Source of the DNA: Chitinivibrionales bacterium
GTDB lineage: Bacteria; Fibrobacterota; Chitinivibrionia; Chitinivibrionales; WJKA01
NCBI GenBank assembly: GCA_038247415.1
Contig: JBBRUX010000071.1
Span: 1-12,796, forward strand
Direction of reading: 5' to 3'
DNA: 12,796 nucleotides
In this document: positions 1 through 6,804 of the stretch, in pieces
How positions within the stretch are numbered: the stretch's first letter is position 1
Layout: each line of letters opens with the position of its first letter
The notes under the pieces: model-generated
Databases searched by the model: none
What the model was told of the DNA's origin: nothing
What the model saw: only the letters and a program-made list of their open reading frames with translations
Made by a program: the position numbers and the translations under genes

Positions 1-578
1 ATCAAGCAGATTCAACGGCTTTCCTCGCCAGAACTCGTCGCCAATAACGAGACATTCCATCGGATGCTCACCGAAGGCATCAAAGTCAATTTTCAGAAAG
101 ACGGCAACAATCGAGGTGATCTAGTCTGGTTAATTGACTGGAATGACGTGGATAATAATGATTTTGTAGTTCTCAATCAATTTACAATTATTGAAAACCA
201 CAGCAATAAACGACCTGATGTGATTCTCTTTATCAACGGCCTGCCTTTGGTTGTAATTGAGTTGAAAAACCCTCAATGGACAATCCCACGATCTTGGTCA
301 TTACTGACCGTAACGATCTGGATGACCAGCTGTTCGAGACCTTTGCAGCATCAAAACAATTGCTACGGCAAGAGCCGGTTCAGGCGGACAATCGGGATCA
401 GTTAAAAGATTTGCTCAAGGTAGCTTCTGGCGGTGTTGTTTTTACCACTATTCAAAAATTCCAACCGGAAGAAGGTAATGTCTACGAAAAGCTCTCGGAC
501 CGAAAAACATTATTGTCATAGCCGATGAAGCACATCGCACTCAATATGGTTTTAAAGCAAAGACCATTGATGATAGAA
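1..578 (+). pseudogene. hsdR: Type I restriction enzyme R subunit remnant (5' end outside window; internal deletion, frameshift and 3' truncation)
   Basis: Frame 1 is open from base 1 (IKQIQRLSSPELVANNETFHRMLTEGI...) and carries the HsdR nuclease motif [21 protein letters not shown] up to ~273. Frame 3 (276-507) gives helicase motif Ia, [14 protein letters not shown], and [11 protein letters not shown]. After the A5 run at 503-507, frame 2 gives [16 protein letters not shown] with DEAH at 524-535. Similarity stops at ~578, where an IS-like end begins. Confidence 0.92.
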
Positions 579-1025
579 CGGAACCTGTCAATAAAAATGA
601 GACAATTTGCGTGATGGTTAGCTCACACCAGTTTCAACCATTTCTTGTTTAATCGGTTTTTTGAAGTCGCTTCTCGGTTTGGTCAAGCTTCCTCCGTAGC
701 TGCTTGTTTTCCGCCATAATCACATCCCGGCTTATTTCACTCGTGGTGGTTTTGGTGTCGCCAAGGAGAAGCCCCTGATCTCGCTGCTTCGACCAGTTGT
801 GAACCATGGAATAATAAAATGCCTTCCTTACGTAAATAAGCTCCTATGGCACCGTTTCCTTCATGACGTAAAATATCGACATGTTTCAATATTTTCAACG
901 TATAGAAATTGGTAATCCTTCGACGAGTAATTCGGGCAATTACTTCTGGATCTAATTTGACGTTCGTACCCACAGGAACTCCGGTCGGCCTACGGCCTCC
1001 CTACGTTCCCTCGGGCTAGGTGTAA
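579..1025 (-). mobile_element. Degenerate, internally deleted IS3-family-like insertion sequence (orfA relic plus terminus, no orfB)
   Basis: The minus strand reads PEGT*GGRRPTGVPVGTNVKLDPEVIARITRRRITNFYTLKILKHVD...GAIGAYLRKEGI, then, after one extra base at 816-819, YYSMVHNWSKQRDQG...MAENKQLRRKLDQTEKRLQKTD*. This resembles IS3-type OrfA as I recall it (DPEV..RRRFTAEYKLRIL..GxIGALLRREGLYSSHLxxWRxQ plus a leucine zipper). CGGAACCTGTCAATAAAAATGAGACA at 579-604 resembles an end of such elements and coincides with the hsdR break. The boundary near 1025 is approximate. Confidence 0.7.
649..1015 (-). pseudogene. IS3-like transposase OrfA (HTH plus coiled coil), disrupted
   Basis: In-frame TAG at 1003-1001, a frameshift at the A4 run 816-819, and TAA at 651-649. 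The ORF track shows only the middle part (737..973). Confidence 0.7.
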
Positions 1026-1294
1026 TGAATGATCCTGACTATCAGAATCTATTATAGTATCCTGGAGAAAAGCGACACGATCTCAAAAACGGGGGGATAT
1101 TCGAACAGGCAGAAAACTTTAAGAAGAACCAGAAATAAAAGACAAAAGCCGCTGCTGAAGAAAAAAGAAAGGCAAATAAAGGAATAATCTATTTTATAAA
1201 ATACAGCGCCCCAAGACACGCCGTGTTCTGCGGCACAACAAAACAATTATCAAACATACACTTTTAATAACAATCTACCGAAAGTTATAGGGCA

Positions 1295-2602
1295 ATGAGA
1301 AACAATATTGTGCATCCGGGCGCAGACGAACTAATATACGAAATTAGAAAGATTGTTGAAGTCGGAGAAAATATAGAAAAAACAGGTATTAAAATAATTT
1401 GGGACAACATTGGAGACCCCGTTGCTAAAGGGCAGATCGTTCCTCATTGGATAAAAGAAATTGTTGCAGAAATAGCAAGCAATGACAATACAAGCTATGG
1501 ATATTCTCCAACAAAGGGGCTGCTTGCTACACGGGAATATATTGCCCACGAACGCAATATTGAAGGCGGTGCTCAAATAAGTTCTGATGACATTCTTTTT
1601 TTTAATGGTCTTGGTGACGCTATTTCCACGGTCTACAATTATCTCCATAAAAGCGCTCGTGTTATTGGTCCTAATCCAGCATATTCAACACATTCATCTG
1701 CGGAAGCAGCTCATTCCGGTTCTCCTCATATTACTTACCGGTTAAATCCGAAGAATAATTGGTATCCTGATATAGATGATTTAAAGAATCAAATTGTACG
1801 CTATCCTGAAATTTCCGGGATATTGCTTGTGAACCCAGATAACCCAACTGGAATGGTTTATTCGCAAGATGTTATAAGGCAACTTGTGGAAATAGCAGCG
1901 CAGAATGATTTATTCATCATTTCTGATGAGATCTATTCAAATCTTTGCTACGGTGGAGTTACTCATAAAAAGCTTGCATCGGTTATTGGAAATGTTCCGG
2001 GTATAGCAATGAGGGGTATTTCAAAGGAGTTCCCATGGCCAGGAGCACGATGTGGTTGGGTTGAGTTTTACAATCGTGATAAAGACCTTTTATTTGCCCG
2101 ATATGTAAAGACAATTATTGATGCAAAAATGTTAGAGGTGTGCTCAACTACATTGCCACAAAAAGTATTGCCCAAAGTAATGAGCGATCCCCGATATTAT
2201 CCTTATCTTGCCGAACGTAATGCTGCCTTTTGGGAAAAGTCACAACTTGCATATTCAATCTTATCAAAGGTTCCAGGACTGTTGGTGCACAAAGCATATG
2301 GTGCTTTTTATATGACAATTCTTTTCGACGAAGGAACTCTTCGCAAAGGACAGTATTTGAAACCTGCAAATGAATTAGCAGGTGAGATTATAAAGCCCTT
2401 GCTTGAGACTTCAAGTTTTGATAAATGCTTTGTGTATTACCTACTTGCTTCGAGAGGAATTTGTGTGGTTCCGTTATCTTCTGGGTTTAATTCTAATCTA
2501 CTGGGCTTCCGGATTACCTTGCTTGAGCCTGATATTACAAAGTTCAAAAGCACGGTACACATAATTGGTGAATCCGTCAAAGAATACTTGAATTCAAAAT
2601 AA
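1295..2602 (+). CDS. Pyridoxal phosphate-dependent aminotransferase, class I/II (AlaA/aspartate aminotransferase-like)
   Basis: 435 aa with fold-type I motifs NIGDP, YGYSPTKGL, LVNPDNPTGMVY and IISDEIYS, the PLP-lysine segment GISKEFPWPGARCGW, and a C-terminal GFRITLL arginine. Confidence 0.93.
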   Translation: MRNNIVHPGADELIYEIRKIVEVGENIEKTGIKIIWDNIGDPVAKGQIVPHWIKEIVAEIASNDNTSYGYSPTKGLLATREYIAHERNIEGGAQISSDDILFFNGLGDAISTVYNYLHKSARVIGPNPAYSTHSSAEAAHSGSPHITYRLNPKNNWYPDIDDLKNQIVRYPEISGILLVNPDNPTGMVYSQDVIRQLVEIAAQNDLFIISDEIYSNLCYGGVTHKKLASVIGNVPGIAMRGISKEFPWPGARCGWVEFYNRDKDLLFARYVKTIIDAKMLEVCSTTLPQKVLPKVMSDPRYYPYLAERNAAFWEKSQLAYSILSKVPGLLVHKAYGAFYMTILFDEGTLRKGQYLKPANELAGEIIKPLLETSSFDKCFVYYLLASRGICVVPLSSGFNSNLLGFRITLLEPDITKFKSTVHIIGESVKEYLNSK

Positions 2603-2641
2603 TTGAGCGGCTCTACTTTACTAATGCGAAGCGCGTCGCTC

Positions 2642-2662
2642 AAGCCGAAACGGTTTTCATTT
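2642..2662 (+). terminator. Possible weak intrinsic terminator after the aminotransferase
   Basis: Short stem AAGCCG-AAA-CGGTTT followed by TCATTT, 40 nt after the stop codon. Confidence 0.35.
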
Positions 2663-3094
2663 CAAGCCATAGTTTAGGTGAGGTATCAAAATTCGCCACG
2701 CGAATTGGTATTATACAAAAGTGAAAGATTCTACAGGAAGTGAATGTAGATCAATTGCCTACCTTTTTGAATCGTAAACTGCTTTTTCGGGTTCGCGATC
2801 ATCATCGTGCCCTCCCAATTGTATCGGAAGAAGGCATTACTGCAAATATCTCTGAAGTAGGATTGTTGGAATTCCTGGTTTTGCACCATATTTTCCTTGG
2901 GCATTCCCCGCATTGTTTAGTGGTATCAAAGGACAAGCTATTCCGCATCCCAATTTGTGAAATGTATTGCTGGTTATAATTTGTTTTTAGATCTACTGCA
3001 GAAGAGGAAAAAAAGGATGCCTATGCGTATTCATTTTCATGATGAATATACATGCATTATGTTAACCATATAAGTGAAGTCTGAATATGCTGAG

Positions 3095-4789
3095 TCAATT
3101 CCCTTGGCTGCCCTCATTAATATATTCAACGGTGATCCAAGAAGGGTTGACTGACGATACTGTTTTGGGAAGTATAAAGAGCGATTCATGAGCAGAAGTA
3201 GAATTACTCAGGGTAAAGCCAAATTCTTCGAGAAACATGCGAACCTGCTGATTTCTATCTCCGTGTGTAAATATCAGTGAAATAGTATCGTTGCCTTTAA
3301 TTCTAAGACTTTGAATTAAAAAATCCATACATGCGAACTCAGCTTTTTTACCCAAGATCCGACAGCTTAATGCAAAAGTGTCAATACTATTTCCCCCTAA
3401 TACCGCAACACCACACATTCCGTAGTCTCCGTAATTGTCAACAAGTGACATGCAATACACTTGATAGTGGGGATCTGCCCCAAATCGTACGAGTTCGCTG
3501 GCCGAATATCTTTGTAATGAAGTGTTGAATTGATTAGTTTTTGCCAAAAGTTGGCTTGCGCGATCGTGCAACGCTTGGGATAGAGGTTCAATCGTCATGC
3601 GAATATTTGAATCTTTAAGAAATGCTTCTATTGAGGGTGCAACAGATGCAGCATGCCGTCGTTGATAGTTTTGAGCAACCTTTACTTTCTTGGAAAGATC
3701 ATCAGAGGTTATCTGGCGAGGCCAAAATAGATCGAAGTGGGAAGTTAGGGTAGAAGCATAATCGGTAGGGTTTTCGGGCAATTCCAGAATATGAATATTT
3801 GGAATGATACTTTTCATAAGTGCTTGTTCGGTTTTAGAATCGTCAATAAAAAGCATCGCGTCTGTGCTAATATGTAGTTCATGAGAAATCTCTATAACAT
3901 TTTTCGGTTTGTCATCCCAATTAACACGCATTGCTGCAATCATGGATGGTCGAATGATCATTGACGGGTGTTTTTCGAGAACGGCAAGGGCATCGCAGGT
4001 GTTATTCTTGCTGCATATCGCCAGATATACACCTTGCTTGAAAAACTTGAGGAGTTCTTTTTGAAAATCTATATACGCTTTCCCTAATCCACTATTTCCT
4101 AAAATCAAGCTGTCGTAACCATCTTCGCCCACAACACCGCCCCAGAGGGTATTGTCAAGATCTAGAACGACACACTTTAAAGGTGGCTTATTCATGCGGA
4201 TGGCGCATGCGTGGATATGCTGCGCAAGAGCCTTAAGCATGGAATCTGAAAATGGTTGCTGAGAGAAATAGCGTGATTGAGCATCATAGACATGAGTCTT
4301 TCCAATGCTTGCTGCAATGTTTTCTATGTCAAGCAAATATGCATCAGAGACACTTTTACATACTCCAATTATTTCGTTGCGTAAATCTTCAAAGAGCCCG
4401 ATTGGATTATCTTCAAGCAGAAGCGTTTGAAATCCTGTAGGAAAGCGATGTGGAAAAAGCGGGGTAGAAATAAATACTGGAGTGGCGCAGTGGTTTCTAA
4501 AATCAAGAATTAGAGACCGTATGTGCAAGACCCAGGCGGCTATAGATTGGCGAACTTGGTTAGAATCGTCGCTAGCAGTGTATTCGTAAAGGCTCGGAAT
4601 ATCTTCGCGATAGTCAATAATAAGAAAAAGGCAATCTGTTTGGATGTTTCGTGATGAAATTAAGGCTAATTCATCGTGAAAGAGGTTGGGTTTTCCCGTA
4701 ACAATTTCGTAGCTCGGATTAAGAGCGTCGATATGAGAAGCGAGAGAGTCTACGTTACAGGTTCCGCCAATGTAGAGTTTCATATACAC
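3095..4789 (-). CDS. FkbH-like HAD-superfamily IIIC phosphatase/acyl(glyceryl) transferase with C-terminal acyltransferase-like domain
   Basis: 564 aa with KCVVLDLDNTLWGGVVGEDG (DxD at 4162-4154), AICSKNN, NWDDKPKN, LFIDDS, KTNQFN, DNYGDYG and FALSCRILGK (Cys at 3364-3362). The start is GTG 4789 or ATG 4783. Confidence 0.92.
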   Translation of the reverse strand: MYMKLYIGGTCNVDSLASHIDALNPSYEIVTGKPNLFHDELALISSRNIQTDCLFLIIDYREDIPSLYEYTASDDSNQVRQSIAAWVLHIRSLILDFRNHCATPVFISTPLFPHRFPTGFQTLLLEDNPIGLFEDLRNEIIGVCKSVSDAYLLDIENIAASIGKTHVYDAQSRYFSQQPFSDSMLKALAQHIHACAIRMNKPPLKCVVLDLDNTLWGGVVGEDGYDSLILGNSGLGKAYIDFQKELLKFFKQGVYLAICSKNNTCDALAVLEKHPSMIIRPSMIAAMRVNWDDKPKNVIEISHELHISTDAMLFIDDSKTEQALMKSIIPNIHILELPENPTDYASTLTSHFDLFWPRQITSDDLSKKVKVAQNYQRRHAASVAPSIEAFLKDSNIRMTIEPLSQALHDRASQLLAKTNQFNTSLQRYSASELVRFGADPHYQVYCMSLVDNYGDYGMCGVAVLGGNSIDTFALSCRILGKKAEFACMDFLIQSLRIKGNDTISLIFTHGDRNQQVRMFLEEFGFTLSNSTSAHESLFILPKTVSSVNPSWITVEYINEGSQGN

Positions 4790-4851
4790 TAAAATAGTAT
4801 CGCCCCATCAAAGTAGTATATTAATCCTCATGGCAATTCCTATAACACTGC

Positions 4852-5322
4852 ATGTTTTGGGGGGTATCCTATGAATCTGCGGCTGGTGCAACGAAAGTTC
4901 GTATTGTCAATAATTTTTGTATTGGCATCGGTACGTTCTGTTCCTCGGCTGCCGACACTTTTCGAAATAGTATGACATCAAATGCTTTACTTGTAAATGA
5001 ACCAGGATCCGACTATCATCTCACTGCTAATTCTCCCGGCATTAATGCGGCAATAAATCCAGGCATTGGTGACAGTTTTAACCTGACTCCTGGGTATAGC
5101 TAGGTTCACCCAAGAAATATCATGGCTCGCTCTCAAACGGGGAGTGCAATGGATGCGGGAGCTTATGAGTTTGAGGGAACATTTATCAAGAGGAGATCTG
5201 ATGTGATGCCCGCCCGTGTGCTTGATCATGATTCTGCAAAGCAGTATAGTGTTGCGGGGGCAGCTTGTGAATTATTCAAAGGTTGGTTTATCAGGTCATC
5301 GTATATCGCGGATCCATTTTAG
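4852..5322 (+). pseudogene. 3' remnant of a secreted beta-helix-type protein with a choice-of-anchor-Q-like C-terminal motif
   Basis: ORFs 4852..5103 and 5122..5322 are in the same frame, split by TAG at 5101-5103. Joined they read VRIVNNF...DYHLTANSPGINAA...LTPGYS*VHPRNIMARSQTGSAMDAGAYEF, which fits the DyhL..gSPaidaG...DiGAYE pattern. No signal peptide or N-terminal body is present. Confidence 0.7.
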
Positions 5323-5581
5323 CAGGTGTGGATCGTTACTTCTACGCTAAAGTGCTCAAGCATTATTCAGGCAGTGAGAATGCAATTCATGGGGGCATGT
5401 CGAAATCTTGTCGAAGGGCCGAGGAGTGTTGTAGAAGAATTTTGTAATTAGCTCAATATCCTCAGATGAAAATAGCCAATATCCCTCTTTTCTGGCCGCT
5501 CTTTTTCCGTTGATTTATATTTAAGAGAATACTTAAAATCAGCCCCGAACTCCTGGTCTTCACACTTTTAGAGTTAATAGT

Positions 5582-5608
5582 CTGTTTTCAAATAAAACAG
5601 CTTAAAAT
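5582..5608 (+). promoter_or_regulatory. Inverted repeat (candidate operator) next to a -10-like TAAAAT upstream of carA
   Basis: Perfect dyad CTGTTTT-CAAAT-AAAACAG at 5582-5600, with TAAAAT at 5603-5608. There is no clear -35 box. Confidence 0.35.
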
Positions 5609-5652
5609 GTTGTGTGCAAAAACAGGAAAAACCCGAATCTGCGAGGTTTGAT

Positions 5653-6750
5653 GTGAAAGGTTACGTTGCGTTAGAAGATGGTACAATTTTTAGCGGGACT
5701 TCATGTGGCGCCGAAGGTGAGTCTGTTGGCGAAGTTGTTTTTAATACAGGACTTACAGGGTATCAGGAAGTTTTAACCGACCCCTCTTATTCCAGTCAAA
5801 TAGTTACCATGACCTATCCTTTAATTGGTAACTATGGGATTAATCCCACCGATGTCGAATCAGATAAAATTCAAGTAAGTGGCTTCATTGTTAAGGAAGC
5901 ATGCAAATATCCTTCCAATTTTACTTCAACGCAAACATTGCCCGATTATCTCAAACAATCAGGAATCGTTTGTATTGAAGGGATCGACACCCGTGCTCTA
6001 ACACGCCATTTACGTGTAGTTGGTGCACTTAAAGGTATCGTTGCAACAGGTGATGTCGATCCAAAAGAACTCGTTAAAAAAGCTGCTGCCTGGACGGGGC
6101 TTGTGGGTGTTGATATCGTTGCGAACGTGACATGTGCGAAACCCTATTATTTCGAAGAGAATCCTGCCGATGCAACAAATTGCCCTTATTTTGTAGTTGC
6201 CTACGATTTTGGCATTAAACTTAACATTCTTCGCATTCTTAAAAAGCTCGGGTGCCGAATACTTGTGGTTCCAGCATCGTATCCTGCAGAAAAAGTCCTC
6301 GAACTGAAGTCACACGGCGTGTTCTTGAGCAACGGCCCTGGCGATCCTGCTGCGGTTACCTATGCTATCGAAAATATCAAAAAGCTCCTTGGAAAAACAC
6401 CCTTGTTTGGTATCTGCCTTGGCCAACAACTTTTATCTTTGGCATTGGGTGGAAAAACCTATAAGCTCAAATTCGGACACCGAGGATTAAACCATCCTGT
6501 CAAGAATTTGGCAACGGGTAGCGTAGAAATTACTACTCAAAATCATGGATTCTGTGTAGATCTAGACAGCTTATCGAGCACCAGTGCAACTATTACACAT
6601 ATGAATTTAAATGATACCACGTGTGAAGGAATTGCAGTCCCGGAACTTAAGGCATTTTCGGTTCAATATCATCCCGAAGCAGCGCCGGGACCTCACGATA
6701 GTGGGTATCTCTTTGAACAATTTATAAGTATGATGACAAAAACAAAATGA
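5653..6750 (+). CDS. carA: Carbamoyl-phosphate synthase small (glutaminase) subunit
   Basis: GEVVFNTGLTGYQEVLTDPSY, GIDTRALTR, FLSNGPGDP, GICLG (nucleophile Cys 6415-6417), KFGHRGLNHPV, TQNHGF and QYHPEAAPGPHD. The start is placed at GTG 5653 (GAGG at 5643-5646) rather than 5614. Confidence 0.97.
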   Translation: MKGYVALEDGTIFSGTSCGAEGESVGEVVFNTGLTGYQEVLTDPSYSSQIVTMTYPLIGNYGINPTDVESDKIQVSGFIVKEACKYPSNFTSTQTLPDYLKQSGIVCIEGIDTRALTRHLRVVGALKGIVATGDVDPKELVKKAAAWTGLVGVDIVANVTCAKPYYFEENPADATNCPYFVVAYDFGIKLNILRILKKLGCRILVVPASYPAEKVLELKSHGVFLSNGPGDPAAVTYAIENIKKLLGKTPLFGICLGQQLLSLALGGKTYKLKFGHRGLNHPVKNLATGSVEITTQNHGFCVDLDSLSSTSATITHMNLNDTTCEGIAVPELKAFSVQYHPEAAPGPHDSGYLFEQFISMMTKTK

Positions 6751-6804
6751 TTGCGGGTAGAAACCCCATGAGATCATTCGTTCTTTACACTCAGGATAAA
6801 ATTA

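Noticed and set aside
64..521. Two independent small genes, or programmed frameshifting
   Set aside because: Both ORFs are pieces of one hsdR lacking its Walker A region and C-terminal half, so frameshifting could not restore function.
1052..1246. 64-aa hydrophobic minus-strand ORF
   Set aside because: Its Phe/Leu richness reflects the A-rich plus strand, and it has no recognisable motif.
5101..5103. Amber recoding or pyrrolysine read-through
   Set aside because: TAG ends the DTW gene at a plausible position, none of the long genes contains an internal TAG, and the interrupted gene is also 5'-truncated. Decay is the simpler explanation.
5614..5652. 13-aa N-terminal extension of CarA from the ORF track
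   Set aside because: Homology begins at KGYVALEDG and an RBS precedes GTG 5653.
6755..6766. GGGT-AGAA-ACCC hairpin between carA and carB as a terminator
   Set aside because: The stem is only 4 bp and has no adjacent U-tract.
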